Shown: one piece after another, positions 25,161 through 35,381 of the stretch | How positions within the stretch are numbered: position 1 is the stretch's first letter | How the letters are laid out: the number at the start of each line of letters is the position of its first letter | Virus record (IMG/VR): IMGVR_UViG_3300020172_002590 | Location: 1-64,000 of that record | Length of the DNA stretch: 64,000 nucleotides | Direction: 5' to 3' (one strand) | DNA from: a virus | Lineage: Duplodnaviria; Caudoviricetes | Position numbers and translations under genes: made by a program | Notes under the pieces: generated by a model | What the model saw: only the letters and a program-made list of their open reading frames with translations | Told to the model about the DNA's origin: nothing | Database searches by the model: none

Positions 25161-25217
25161 TAAAAAGAGACTAGCTACCGTTAGTAGTATCCAATTTCTA
25201 ACGGTAACTAGTCTCTT
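25161..25217 (-). terminator. terminator hairpin after tRNA-Arg
   Basis: AAGAGACTAGTTACCGTTAG...CTAACGGTAGCTAGTCTCTT-TTT on minus strand. Confidence 0.7.
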
Positions 25218-25219
25218 AG

Positions 25220-25292
25220 CGCTTTCAGTAAGATTCGAACTTACAACCTACTGATTAGAAGTCAGTTGCTCTATCCATTGAGCTATGAAAGC
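25220..25292 (-). tRNA. tRNA-Arg(UCU)
   Basis: GCTTTCA acceptor, ACTGA-CTTCTAA-TCAGT anticodon arm, GTTCGAATC T-loop; no encoded CCA. Confidence 0.92.
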
Positions 25293-25438
25293 ATAAAGGT
25301 ATATAAGTTATTTTTACCCGCATATATACCAGATACGGGGTTATTAGGTAATAACTTAACCTATTTTAATATAATGATTATTTTTCGGCGCATTTATATT
25401 AGAAACGCTTTTCTGTGGTAATAACCTAACCACTATAT

Positions 25439-25960
25439 TCACACTTTGAAACCCCAGTTACCAAATCCACCACCATAATACAGAAGATATTTAGCAACTT
25501 TAATATTACATCTTGATTTTAGGAGAACTGTCATATCTCCCCAACGCTTTCCACAAACTACTTGTGTTACCGTTGTCCAAGATGAATTGATTTGCAATAA
25601 ACCAGAGTCATAAGAACTAATTGCATTACACTTCTTGTAAATATTAGCTGGGGCTAATATACAATTCTTATGTGACTTACCTTTCTTATAATTCCAACCA
25701 ATTGCTTTAGGTTGACACCTAGATTCTCTCCACATAATGTATGAAAAGATTTGTACAGGCAATCCTTCATCTTTAATCATTTGATGATATTTAGGACACC
25801 TATATTTTTGATCTTTTGGTATTTGTCTTTTTACCAAAGATATTTGTTGTTTTAATTCCTGTTCACTTATTTGTTCAGCCTGAACAGAATGGGCAGCAAT
25901 ACTGCTACCTAAGCTGATTATCAAAGTAATTGATAATAATCGTTTTATAAACCTAGACAT
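25439..25960 (-). CDS. secreted lytic transglycosylase (SLT/lysozyme-like)
   Basis: signal peptide; IMWRESRC (catalytic Glu), DSGLLQINS, CNIKVAKYL. Confidence 0.8.
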   Translation of the reverse strand: MSRFIKRLLSITLIISLGSSIAAHSVQAEQISEQELKQQISLVKRQIPKDQKYRCPKYHQMIKDEGLPVQIFSYIMWRESRCQPKAIGWNYKKGKSHKNCILAPANIYKKCNAISSYDSGLLQINSSWTTVTQVVCGKRWGDMTVLLKSRCNIKVAKYLLYYGGGFGNWGFKV

Positions 25961-26158
25961 ATTTCGCTCCTTTAGTTGTTGGGTTTACGATTCTGTTATA
26001 CACAGATAACGCATTAGCATAAGCTAAGGTTGCGAAACGAGGTCATAGCATATTTATCTACAATTCAATGCTCACTCGCTTCACTTACATTTATTCATAG
26101 GCATCACCTTTCCTTTAAAAAACAGATAAATACAATTATATCACTTAATGCAATATAG

Positions 26159-26232
26159 TGCCGAATATAGGAATTGAACCTATTCAAAAAACTTATAAGG
26201 TTTTCTCCGTCAAACCGTTCGGACCATTCGGC
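26159..26232 (-). tRNA. tRNA-Ile(UAU), non-canonical G8
   Basis: GCCGAAT/ATTCGGC acceptor, AAAAC-CTTATAA-GTTTT anticodon arm, GGTTCAATTCC T-arm. Confidence 0.8.
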
Positions 26233-26247
26233 TAATTAATCTACATA

Positions 26248-26625
26248 TTAATCATCTTCATAATTTTCAAACATTTCGTCAATCTCTTTCATTGCTTCTA
26301 ACAATTGACTTAATACTTCTCTTGCTTTATGAACATTTAGCAATGGATTATCAAGAAGTTCTTCTCTAGCAATAGCATAATCTATAGCATAGTCTGAAAG
26401 CAATTTATCAACAGGAGTATTAGTTGCGTGTGAAACTAATCTCATAATAGTTGCCATATGATACATTAATCCATAGATCAAACCCGGCATAAACATATCA
26501 TCAATATTCTTTTCATCATCTTTGAATGACTCCAATATTTTTTCCATTGAATTCATATCTTCTGATATGTAAGAAGAAAATATCTGCAATGCGTAATCAG
26601 TATATAGATCATTTTTATCAGCCAT
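26248..26625 (-). CDS. hypothetical protein
   Basis: acidic helical ORF. Confidence 0.7.
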   Translation of the reverse strand: MADKNDLYTDYALQIFSSYISEDMNSMEKILESFKDDEKNIDDMFMPGLIYGLMYHMATIMRLVSHATNTPVDKLLSDYAIDYAIAREELLDNPLLNVHKAREVLSQLLEAMKEIDEMFENYEDD

Positions 26626-26693
26626 CTCTAACCCCTAACAAAATAATTGTCATAAAAGTTATAACAATAGCCATACTGAAAATACGAAACATT

Positions 26694-27260
26694 TTATGCT
26701 TGTTCCTTTTCGGCAGCTAATTGCTTTCTGAATGCTTCCATATATATCTTTGATGCAATGTCTGCTTCTGTTGGCTTACCAAAATCATACACTTCTGCTG
26801 GCTCCCAAGTGATTTTTAAATCTCCATGCCATCTTGACATTTTATCTTCAAAAAATACAAATCGGAAATAGTCATCATTCTCTTCACCTTTGAAGGAAAT
26901 ATAATCTCCATCTCTTGTATAACCAGCAAAGCATTGCAAGAAATATTCTTCATTGCCGACCTTAGTGTAATAAGAAAGATTGATCAAATTACCATCTTCA
27001 TCGAGTTCCCATTCAAAACCCAACTGTTGCAAAATATCAAACATATTCTTACAAGTTTCTGGATAGTTATATTCCATCCAAGAGAACCACTTATTTCTTG
27101 GATATCTTTCACCTTCAACATTGTCATTATTTGAACCATAAGATCCACCACGCTTCAATTCGTGAAAATCATTTAGTTCACACATTTTTTTATAAATAGC
27201 ATCAAAATGCTTTTTATCTACAAAGATGTTAGCTTCTTCTATGCTTACATAGTATCCCAT
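26694..27260 (-). CDS. conserved phage hypothetical protein
   Basis: MGYYVSI, WFSWM, FKGEE motifs. Confidence 0.75.
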   Translation of the reverse strand: MGYYVSIEEANIFVDKKHFDAIYKKMCELNDFHELKRGGSYGSNNDNVEGERYPRNKWFSWMEYNYPETCKNMFDILQQLGFEWELDEDGNLINLSYYTKVGNEEYFLQCFAGYTRDGDYISFKGEENDDYFRFVFFEDKMSRWHGDLKITWEPAEVYDFGKPTEADIASKIYMEAFRKQLAAEKEQA

Positions 27261-27397
27261 TTTTATTTCTTTTCCTTTTTTTTATTTTGATAACCCTTTA
27301 TGGGCGAGCAATTTGGTCACCTAATGCTACACCAGCATTTTTTTTGCTAAATGCAAATGAAAATTGAGTATGCGCTAGAGCAACCATTACTTAGTTT

Positions 27398-27838
27398 TTA
27401 AATTTTTTGACTTACTATTTCCGTTGTATATTTATTAAATTTGTCCACATATTTCTCCCATCCATTTTGATGAACAGAAACATGACAGTTATGACATAGC
27501 AAAATAAGATTCGTATAATCATCTTCACCACCATTTGATACTGGAACAATATGATGAACTTGAGCACGAATTGTTTCTACTTCTTTGTTGCATAGACGAC
27601 ATATTAAGTCATCCCTGTTTCTAATATAATTTCTTAATTCTTCATTTACTCCGTGTCTAAAAGTTCCTTTTTCAATCTTCTTTTGTGTTTTTTTATAATT
27701 ATGATGCTTTACTTTTTCATCAATAACTTCTTTACACAAGTTATCCCCACACCATCTTTTTCTTCTATGAAAAGTTGTTTGTGGAATATAAAATGAATTC
27801 AGACAGCCAGCGCAAATAACCTTTCTATTGTTACTCAC
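27398..27838 (-). CDS. HNH endonuclease
   Basis: RDDLICRLC...VHHIVPVSNGG..DYTNLILLCHNCH. Confidence 0.88.
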   Translation of the reverse strand: MSNNRKVICAGCLNSFYIPQTTFHRRKRWCGDNLCKEVIDEKVKHHNYKKTQKKIEKGTFRHGVNEELRNYIRNRDDLICRLCNKEVETIRAQVHHIVPVSNGGEDDYTNLILLCHNCHVSVHQNGWEKYVDKFNKYTTEIVSQKI

Positions 27839-28122
27839 AATTCTATTCCAATTTTCTCAAGTGGAGAACCACTCTTAATTTCTCCAATATTTTTGTATGG
27901 ATACCTTAATTTAATTTCTTTTGAAAAAGCTGATCCAACAGAATCAGCTTTTAAAACACTTAAAATATCAAACATTGATACATCGTTATAAATACACGAT
28001 TGATCATTATCAAAAATGACTCCAAGTAAACTCTTATCACCATCATTGTGATAATGCATATACTTAATCATAGATGAATCAATATCTGACCAAATGATAT
28101 TTACAACACCACTCTTATTCAA
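27835..28122 (-). CDS. KTSC-domain-like protein
   Basis: DSSMIKYMHY...YNDVS...ADSVGSAFSKEIK..YPY. Confidence 0.7.
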   Translation of the reverse strand: MNKSGVVNIIWSDIDSSMIKYMHYHNDGDKSLLGVIFDNDQSCIYNDVSMFDILSVLKADSVGSAFSKEIKLRYPYKNIGEIKSGSPLEKIGIEL

Positions 28123-28432
28123 TGTCTTTTCCTTTCTCTATATCTTCTGGCGTTAGCCCTCTTGCAACCAAATCTGTATGATAAGCAATATTCTTTGTTA
28201 TCTCTCTAGATGTTGCTGAATTTGGATTGTAAAAGAATTCTTTTACATACCCCGATGAATTTGAATCAGTTGAATATAAGAATATTCGCGCATTCCAATT
28301 GTCAGGTTTAAAACCAAACTGATTTTGAAATACTTGTCCCGCCATTGAAACCGCTTCTTGAACAGAACCTACAGAATCAATTTTAATTGGGAACCTATAT
28401 TCAACAATGAAATATTCATTATGCTTAGGCAA
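28115..28432 (-). CDS. hypothetical protein
   Basis: AGGAG SD. Confidence 0.7.
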   Translation of the reverse strand: MPKHNEYFIVEYRFPIKIDSVGSVQEAVSMAGQVFQNQFGFKPDNWNARIFLYSTDSNSSGYVKEFFYNPNSATSREITKNIAYHTDLVARGLTPEDIEKGKDIE

Positions 28433-28609
28433 TTAATACTCCTATCATTATTATTGCGTATGCAATAAGCATAAAAAACAAAATGGGTAATGCAATGATA
28501 AATAAAAAGATACATATCATTGCTAAAGCTGAACAGTACAAAAAATGCATAAAGCAACTTTCTTCTAGGCTAGAAGAAAGTCTATACCGAACTCAACCAA
28601 AATGTCTTG

Positions 28610-30043
28610 TTACTTATTCGTTAGTTTATAAATTTTGCAGATTAGTTTAGCGATTTTGTCATCTGCTACGTCCCTAAACATTCTACCAACCATATCTCCA
28701 TCACTAATTCCAGTAGAATAGTGATCCCATTCGTGAACAATAGTACCGATCATTTTTTCAATACTTGTTTTGAATACTGTCTCTTCGTTAATAAGAACGA
28801 TTTTCTTCTTATCTCCATCCTCATTAATATCTACAGTCATTGCTAAGACCATATCTTCTTCATCAAATGGTGTATAAAATCCAACCTTATCTTTGATTTC
28901 AATGACTTCTGGAAGTACGGATATTACCATATCTAAAGCTTGAACTACCATCGGATAATTTTCAATATTAAAATGGTAGTTATATTTCAGAGATTCCCCA
29001 AAAATATCGTCAACACAAGAAATACCTAATCTTCTCATAAAAGAATAAACACCTTCGTGGTCTACTTTTAGAGATAGGAAACCTTTTGCTTCAATCGTTT
29101 TTAGAGCATTAATGGTAGCAAAATGTTCCATAATCATTACACTATTTAAATATTCACTATCAAACACTTCTTCCCAAAGGCTATTTTTTGTGTTTATATT
29201 TTGATAAGTATAATCAGTAATAGATTCTTTTTCGTAAAGTCTATCACCTTCATTTTCAAAGAAATATTGAAGAATTGTGCTGATTACTTCTCTATCTTTA
29301 ACACTTGATAATGATGTAAGAATTTTATAATTCATAGAGAAATTGCCATCTACAGTTCTATCTTCATTCAGATCAAGATTACTAATATCATAATCAAACA
29401 TACCTGGAAGATTTTCTCCACCATAATTATTAACTGATTTTTCTGAAGTAAAGACAAGAATGCCCTTACAATAAACTCTAAATGAATCATCAATAGGTTC
29501 GTAAAGTTTAAACCAACTATCTGAATAGATTGGCTTCCTATTTACACAAAAATACTTATCAAAGTTTTTATGAATTTCTAGCAGCTCATCAGTAGCAGTA
29601 ATATAAACAGAAAACTCACCGGAGACTGGAACAAATTCATCAACATCTACTATTTCAATATTCCAACCATTGCCATTAAGAGTATCTTCATCAATGGCAT
29701 TAGATACTACTTCACGATAAATTTGAAACTCATCTTTCCAAGAAAGTACACCTGCATCTGCAGAAAAAGATGAAGGCTTTTCATAATCTTGATACTTATA
29801 AAATACGGAAGGAATTCCTTCATCATCTTTAATGATGTATTCTAAGACATAATTGCCCTTACTATCCTCTCCTGTAAATGCCCATCTCATTCCTTTGCGA
29901 ATTGCAGCAATTGGAGCAAACTTAATTCCAGAACCGAACTGTCCAATTGTCTGATCATTATCCCGTTTTGTTGACATACCTAATTTCTCAAGTGATAGTC
30001 TGTTTACATTGCTTACATAATTTGTTACTTTAATGTATTTCAT
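28610..30043 (-). CDS. GHKL-type ATPase (permuted motif order) with C-terminal HExxH motif
   Basis: LGMSTK...IGQFGSGIK, then YREVVSNAIDE; C-terminal TIVHEWDHYSTG. Confidence 0.7.
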   Translation of the reverse strand: MKYIKVTNYVSNVNRLSLEKLGMSTKRDNDQTIGQFGSGIKFAPIAAIRKGMRWAFTGEDSKGNYVLEYIIKDDEGIPSVFYKYQDYEKPSSFSADAGVLSWKDEFQIYREVVSNAIDEDTLNGNGWNIEIVDVDEFVPVSGEFSVYITATDELLEIHKNFDKYFCVNRKPIYSDSWFKLYEPIDDSFRVYCKGILVFTSEKSVNNYGGENLPGMFDYDISNLDLNEDRTVDGNFSMNYKILTSLSSVKDREVISTILQYFFENEGDRLYEKESITDYTYQNINTKNSLWEEVFDSEYLNSVMIMEHFATINALKTIEAKGFLSLKVDHEGVYSFMRRLGISCVDDIFGESLKYNYHFNIENYPMVVQALDMVISVLPEVIEIKDKVGFYTPFDEEDMVLAMTVDINEDGDKKKIVLINEETVFKTSIEKMIGTIVHEWDHYSTGISDGDMVGRMFRDVADDKIAKLICKIYKLTNK

Positions 30044-30115
30044 AATATTTTTCTCTCTTTATGGTAGCGACATTTGGGGATAGATATTTCACTATCCCCA
30101 AACGTCATTTTATTT

Positions 30116-30715
30116 TTAAACCAAATCCAATGGCACTGTAGCAGTTACTTCAGTATTCAAAAGTTTTTTGGCATTCTCAACAGCAGTTGAATACTCATTC
30201 AACTCATTGATAAATTCAATACGTAATTCTGAACGAATTGCATCTCTTGTATGAGCAATAATAGATTCACGCACTTCTGCAATCAAATCTTTTTGCTCAA
30301 GACGAGACAAAGCATCTGCGATATCAGAAACGAATTCATCATCCTTAAGCAAAAAGTACCGCATAGCATTTCTAATTGCTTGAGTTGCAAGTTCAGCAGT
30401 TGTACAACCACTTAATGGACTGTATTGTTCAAGCAATTTTTGAATATCAGACTCAGTATCATTTTCAATATAATCACTAAAGTCAATATTACGAATATGG
30501 TCTTCAATATCAAAATGATAATCCATCCAGTTGCTAATGCTATCACTGATATCATAATCATCTCGAATGTAATCAATCACTTTTTCAGTGACTTCATCTT
30601 GAAAGTCATCCTTTACTGCTTCAGCAATTGACTCTTTAATATTTTCTTGAACAAGTGCAGAAATTTTTTCGACTGCCTGATTGTCAATACCCAATGTTAC
30701 GTTAAGATGTTCCAT
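30116..30715 (-). CDS. acidic hypothetical protein
   Basis: packed ORF; followed by TTTGGGGATAG/CTATCCCCAAA hairpin. Confidence 0.7.
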   Translation of the reverse strand: MEHLNVTLGIDNQAVEKISALVQENIKESIAEAVKDDFQDEVTEKVIDYIRDDYDISDSISNWMDYHFDIEDHIRNIDFSDYIENDTESDIQKLLEQYSPLSGCTTAELATQAIRNAMRYFLLKDDEFVSDIADALSRLEQKDLIAEVRESIIAHTRDAIRSELRIEFINELNEYSTAVENAKKLLNTEVTATVPLDLV

Positions 30716-30720
30716 TTTAT

Positions 30721-31083
30721 TTATCCTTCTGTGTCTGCAATTTGCATAGCGTAATCCCAAAGATAGGAATCACTTGGTACTTTAACTTCAGCGTGATCAA
30801 ACCAATCAGCATAATGATAAGTTAATTCAGAAGGATTTCCATCATCATCAACTTTTAATTCAAGCCAATCAGCAGGACCACCTGTTGATAAAAGAATTTT
30901 AATTACTTTAAATTTAGAAATTTCGAGAGCCAAATTATTCAACTCTTCCAAAGCTTCTTCTTGCTTTTCTTCATCAATGTCATCATCTCCAAGAATGTCA
31001 TTGATTTCTTCAAGCTGTTCGCTACGACTAATCATTTGGTCATAGACAAGTTCTGCACAAGTCTTTTTCTCTACTGTACTCAT
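30721..31083 (-). CDS. conserved phage hypothetical protein
   Basis: LLSTGGPADWL...YADWFD. Confidence 0.75.
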   Translation of the reverse strand: MSTVEKKTCAELVYDQMISRSEQLEEINDILGDDDIDEEKQEEALEELNNLALEISKFKVIKILLSTGGPADWLELKVDDDGNPSELTYHYADWFDHAEVKVPSDSYLWDYAMQIADTEG

Positions 31084-31523
31084 AATTCTGTATACTCCTT
31101 GATATACTCATTGAATTGTTCTAAAGATTCAGAATACTCTAGAATTTTTTTTATATTTTCAAATTGACTTTTAATCAAAATAAAAGCCAATTGGATCTTT
31201 TGTTGAACAACATATTCTTCATAATCAATAAAATCATCATTAGGATAATTGATTGTTCTATTATCTTTGTCAATTGGTTTTAACCAACCTCCAAGTCTGC
31301 CATCAATTTCAAACCCCTCAAATCCAAATTCTTTGAGAATATAATTTGTTTGATGAAAGAATGTTTCACTAGCTTCAACGTAAGCTTTTTCAAATTCTTC
31401 ATTGCTCATCTTGTAATAATGAGCATAATATTTAATTTTAAAAGCATATGACCCATTATGGCTATACTGAACAAAAGTATTTCTACATTTTGGAATAGAT
31501 AAAAATGTATTAGTCATAGTCAT
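31080..31523 (-). CDS. hypothetical protein
   Basis: GRLGGWL motif. Confidence 0.7.
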   Translation of the reverse strand: MTMTNTFLSIPKCRNTFVQYSHNGSYAFKIKYYAHYYKMSNEEFEKAYVEASETFFHQTNYILKEFGFEGFEIDGRLGGWLKPIDKDNRTINYPNDDFIDYEEYVVQQKIQLAFILIKSQFENIKKILEYSESLEQFNEYIKEYTEL

Positions 31524-31896
31524 AATCTCTTTCTATTTGCGATTCATAGCTTTTACCACATTTTGGACAAGACCAATAAGTTGTTCCACGAAAAGATTCT
31601 TTTAATACAACTCCATCAAAGTCGCATTTTTCAACAATAACTTCTGGAGCAATTTCTGGCATATTAAACAATGAATTTAAATGTGCTAAATGACGGTAGA
31701 TACCATCTTTAGCTTTTTCTATTTCCTCTGTTCTGTTTACTTTCTTTCCAAATTCGCTGCAATAATTAAAAGCATATTCTGAAATACGAACATAGCTAAA
31801 ATTTTCATTCCAACACTCAAATTCTTCTTCAAACTCAGCGTCAGGCCCAGCAATTTCGTATTCATTACCAGTAACTCCTGGTGGATAATTACTCAT
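31510..31896 (-). CDS. hypothetical protein with C-terminal zinc ribbon
   Basis: MSNYPPGVTGNEYEIAG; WSCPKCG. Confidence 0.7.
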   Translation of the reverse strand: MSNYPPGVTGNEYEIAGPDAEFEEEFECWNENFSYVRISEYAFNYCSEFGKKVNRTEEIEKAKDGIYRHLAHLNSLFNMPEIAPEVIVEKCDFDGVVLKESFRGTTYWSCPKCGKSYESQIERDYDYD

Positions 31897-32166
31897 ATCA
31901 CTTTTTCTCCTTTTTTGATTTCCTTTTGTTACCCCTTTTGAGGATAACAAAAGGAATATTCAAAACTTTTTTTATTTCCGATATTTTAACTGGCACATCA
32001 AAGTTAAGATTTTCATCCATTTTCAAACTTTTCAATTTCACTATAAGTGTAAGAAATATTTCCAATAAAATTAGAAATACTGTTTCTTTCTTCTAGCAAG
32101 TCAGCAATTTGCTTTGCTTCATTTAATGATTCAAGTTCGAGAATAGTTTCATTAATAACTTTAATT

Positions 32167-32463
32167 TTAAATTTTGTTGTTGTCATTAGTTTTTACTACC
32201 TTAATAGAAACATCTTTGGCAATAACGCTACGTTGTGCAAGAATTTTACTTCTTTCTTTTGGAGTTGTGCCTCCCCAAATACCAAAAGCTTCTTCATTTT
32301 TTAAAGCATATTCTAGACATTCCGCTCTCACAGAACAAATCTTACAAAAAGCTTTAATTTCAGCAGATTGCTTTGCTGAACCTTTTACCCCAGGTTCAGG
32401 GTAAAACAATTCTGTATCTTGACCAAAACATGCAGCGTTATTACGCCAAGTTTCATTATTCAT
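32167..32463 (-). CDS. whiB: WhiB-family Fe-S transcription factor
   Basis: WRNNAAC...FYP...CKICSVRAECLEYAL...FGIWGGTTPKER. Confidence 0.93.
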   Translation of the reverse strand: MNNETWRNNAACFGQDTELFYPEPGVKGSAKQSAEIKAFCKICSVRAECLEYALKNEEAFGIWGGTTPKERSKILAQRSVIAKDVSIKVVKTNDNNKI

Positions 32464-32848
32464 TTATCTCCCAATATGGTAATGATTTTGATTCTTCTCT
32501 CATAACAGGCAAAACCTCAGACATAAGAAAAGAGTAATAGTCTTCAATATTAAAACCATCAGCGATTAGATTGCTAATGATATTAGAATAGTTAAAACAC
32601 AAGGCCAGGATTACTCCAAATACATTGTCTTCAACTAAAATATCTTCACTATTTTCTCCATCTTCATAGCATAAATTAATACACTGCATCATAAATGTCA
32701 TTCTATCTTCATCAGATGTAAAATCTGTTGTAGACATAATATTTACAATGTTTTCGAGAATAAAATGTGAATCTGAACCGTCAGTCATACCGTCTGCCAT
32801 TTCAGTTCTCATTTTTTCAATATGATCAAAGTCTTCTTTCTTAAACAT
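32456..32848 (-). CDS. hypothetical protein
   Basis: packed ORF. Confidence 0.65.
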   Translation of the reverse strand: MFKKEDFDHIEKMRTEMADGMTDGSDSHFILENIVNIMSTTDFTSDEDRMTFMMQCINLCYEDGENSEDILVEDNVFGVILALCFNYSNIISNLIADGFNIEDYYSFLMSEVLPVMREESKSLPYWEINE

Positions 32849-32862
32849 TTAAAACTTTCTAC

Positions 32863-33294
32863 TCAGAACAATTCGTTAATTGCTTCAGCAAGTGAACCTG
32901 TAGCATTATTGAAATCATATACCTTTTCATCAGCATCATCAAATTTAATAACGCTACCAAAGATATTCTTATTTGCAATGTTAACAGCAATAGCAAGAGC
33001 AACTCTACGCCTATCTGGATGCTTACTTGGAGCTCCATCTACTTCTCCATCATCATTCAAAGGTGCAGCCCAACCTGTTGTTACAACGCTTACATATTCA
33101 AATAGCAAATGCTTGTTTTGATTTCCAATCTCTTGAATAAGATCATACACATCTGGATTGAAATCAATAAGTACAGACTTAAGTTCTCCTTTTTCATTAG
33201 TTGAAATTCCATATGCTTTGGCATCTGTAATCTCAGGGTGAACAGCAGAGATATCAAAAATCTCATCCAATAGTGTTTCGTTTTTGTCTTTCAT
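32863..33294 (-). CDS. conserved phage hypothetical protein
   Basis: TTGWAAPL...PSKHPDRRRV. Confidence 0.75.
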   Translation of the reverse strand: MKDKNETLLDEIFDISAVHPEITDAKAYGISTNEKGELKSVLIDFNPDVYDLIQEIGNQNKHLLFEYVSVVTTGWAAPLNDDGEVDGAPSKHPDRRRVALAIAVNIANKNIFGSVIKFDDADEKVYDFNNATGSLAEAINELF

Positions 33295-33319
33295 TTTTTT
33301 TCCTTTGTTATTGTTGTTG

Positions 33320-33907
33320 TTATTTTTTGTTTGAATCGAATAGATACTCTGTATCAAATTCGTTTTCGATTAGATCAGCTTGGTATGATTCTTTACATTC
33401 GCCATTAATCCAAATGTTCTTTCCACAGAAACCCATTCCTTCTTCTTGATAGTAAAGACAGAACAAAAGGTTTGGATAATCCATTGCAATTTTTTCAAAT
33501 GCTTCAATAGGTGGAGACCAAGCAGTTGAAAAATCAAAATCAATTTCAATACGCCCTCTTGAAAGCATAGGGGGATTGAAAAACAAATCACTTTCTGGCC
33601 ATTTAGTTCCCCATTTCTCAATTCGCCATTGATACCAATCAGGATAACCAAATTTTTCAATATTAGTTTTTTGAGTATCGTTATGCACCATAGGAGCATC
33701 ACCAATTAACAAATCTGTAGGTGTTGGATAAAGATTTTCCAAAAGACTAACATTAACTTCTCCGTGTTGAAATTCTTCAAGAACAACTTCTGTTGTTTCT
33801 ACTACATTATTGTATTGATCAAGCTTACGAGAAATGATACTAAGAAATTGCATCATATCTTTTTCTTCGCCATAAACATATAAATTATTTGAGCACCAAT
33901 TAGGCAT
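33320..33907 (-). CDS. DUF1281/YubB ferredoxin-like domain protein
   Basis: MPNWCSNNL, WYQWRIEKWGTKW, FSTAWSPP, EEGMGFCG. Confidence 0.8.
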   Translation of the reverse strand: MPNWCSNNLYVYGEEKDMMQFLSIISRKLDQYNNVVETTEVVLEEFQHGEVNVSLLENLYPTPTDLLIGDAPMVHNDTQKTNIEKFGYPDWYQWRIEKWGTKWPESDLFFNPPMLSRGRIEIDFDFSTAWSPPIEAFEKIAMDYPNLLFCLYYQEEGMGFCGKNIWINGECKESYQADLIENEFDTEYLFDSNKK

Positions 33908-34165
33908 CTTGTTCTACTTTCTTATTGCTGTTTTTATTTGCACATTCATAACAGATATTTGTGATATCATCAAGGCAACCCAAAATCCAAGCATCAATGC
34001 CTGACCAAACGATATTTTCTTTGGTATCACATTCTTTACATTTACTCACTATCTTCTTCTTTCTTGAATAAATCATCCCAAGATGATTTTACATACTTGA
34101 CATTTCCTTTTTCATCAACATAAGCTGTTAGCACCATTGTTGCACTAAACAGTTCTGAATTATTT

Positions 34166-34369
34166 TCATTTTCCATTATTTTCTTCCTTCATTAATTGAT
34201 TAATCAGCCATCTTGCTTTTATAAAATTCGGATGTTCTTGATTATGAATAGCAAGATTTCTATTCAACCATCCGATATCTTTTTTCCTACGTTCCGGTAT
34301 TGTCATACCAATAAGAGCATCTTGAAGTAAATCCATCATTTGCTCTTTATCTAATTTCTCAGGTTCCAT
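34166..34369 (-). CDS. hypothetical protein
   Basis: MTIPERR, WLNRNLAI. Confidence 0.65.
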   Translation of the reverse strand: MEPEKLDKEQMMDLLQDALIGMTIPERRKKDIGWLNRNLAIHNQEHPNFIKARWLINQLMKEENNGK

Positions 34370-34371
34370 TT

Positions 34372-35061
34372 TTAATCCTCAAATAAATTTAATTGATTAG
34401 GGTTATATTGTCTTGTAGGAATTGGCTCAAGATTATTACGTTCAATAAACTCAGTCCAACCCCCAATGTTTTCTTTGTTCCAATATTTAATGTTATAGAC
34501 AGCCATTAAAATATCTTCATCTTCTGGATAAAGTCCAGCATCTGGAGATAGCTCCACATTCATATTCATCGCTAATTCGTTATAGATAAAATCAGCCCAA
34601 TTAGAATCAGAAGTATCAATTAAATCTAAAAGATAACTTGGTAGTTCCTTTATGGATTCAATTACACTTTCATATTCTTTGTTAAAGTAATCACCTTCAT
34701 CAGCAACTGAATACTCCATCAATCTTTCTTGCCATTCCATAGCAGCAATAAAAGCAGGACTAATATTGCTTTCTGTAACGTCACTTTCTGATAAAAGAAT
34801 ACGACAAACTAAACGATCAATTGAACCTACAACCCAATGCTTATATGTTTCAATTCTAAAATCACCAGGAAATCTTTCCATTAAATCTTTACTGATAACT
34901 TCAAAGTTTGACTTTTCAAGAATACTTTGAGCAGTATCATCAATTCCAGAAAAACCCCAAGTTTTAAACATATCTTCAGACCCCCAATAACCAAAATCTT
35001 CTGGTTTTTTCAAAGCCATAGTCGCAAGTTCTTCAATGCTGTAATGCGAAATATCAATCAT
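34372..35061 (-). CDS. conserved phage hypothetical protein
   Basis: LEKSNF, HWVVG motifs. Confidence 0.75.
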   Translation of the reverse strand: MIDISHYSIEELATMALKKPEDFGYWGSEDMFKTWGFSGIDDTAQSILEKSNFEVISKDLMERFPGDFRIETYKHWVVGSIDRLVCRILLSESDVTESNISPAFIAAMEWQERLMEYSVADEGDYFNKEYESVIESIKELPSYLLDLIDTSDSNWADFIYNELAMNMNVELSPDAGLYPEDEDILMAVYNIKYWNKENIGGWTEFIERNNLEPIPTRQYNPNQLNLFED

Positions 35062-35380
35062 TTTGTTTTTCCAATTCTTTCAATGCTTCTTCATCCCAAT
35101 TTGAAGGAATAGACTTATCAATTACATAAACATATTCGTCAGCAATAGGATCATCCATATCCCAATACATACAAACTTCGCCATATGAACCAAATTCGTG
35201 ACTAAACCACTTAACTTTAAATCTAATTCCTTTTTCTTCTGCTTCAGGAAAACTTCTATTTAACTGATCAATAAAAGCATCCATTTCTTTTTTAGCAAGT
35301 TCGCGGTAATTATAAGTACCAACTTGAGCACAATCTTCATCATAAGGCGTTGAGCCAATTTCAATATATTCAATATTCAT
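35054..35380 (-). CDS. conserved phage hypothetical protein
   Basis: IGSTPYDEDCAQVG, HEFGSYGEV, PSNWD. Confidence 0.75.
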   Translation of the reverse strand: MNIEYIEIGSTPYDEDCAQVGTYNYRELAKKEMDAFIDQLNRSFPEAEEKGIRFKVKWFSHEFGSYGEVCMYWDMDDPIADEYVYVIDKSIPSNWDEEALKELEKQND

Positions 35381-35381
35381 T

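Noticed and set aside
25961-26120. c-di-AMP (ydaO) riboswitch before the transglycosylase
   Set aside because: Conserved GCTGAA/GGAAC/CCCGTCAGCTAAC elements not found
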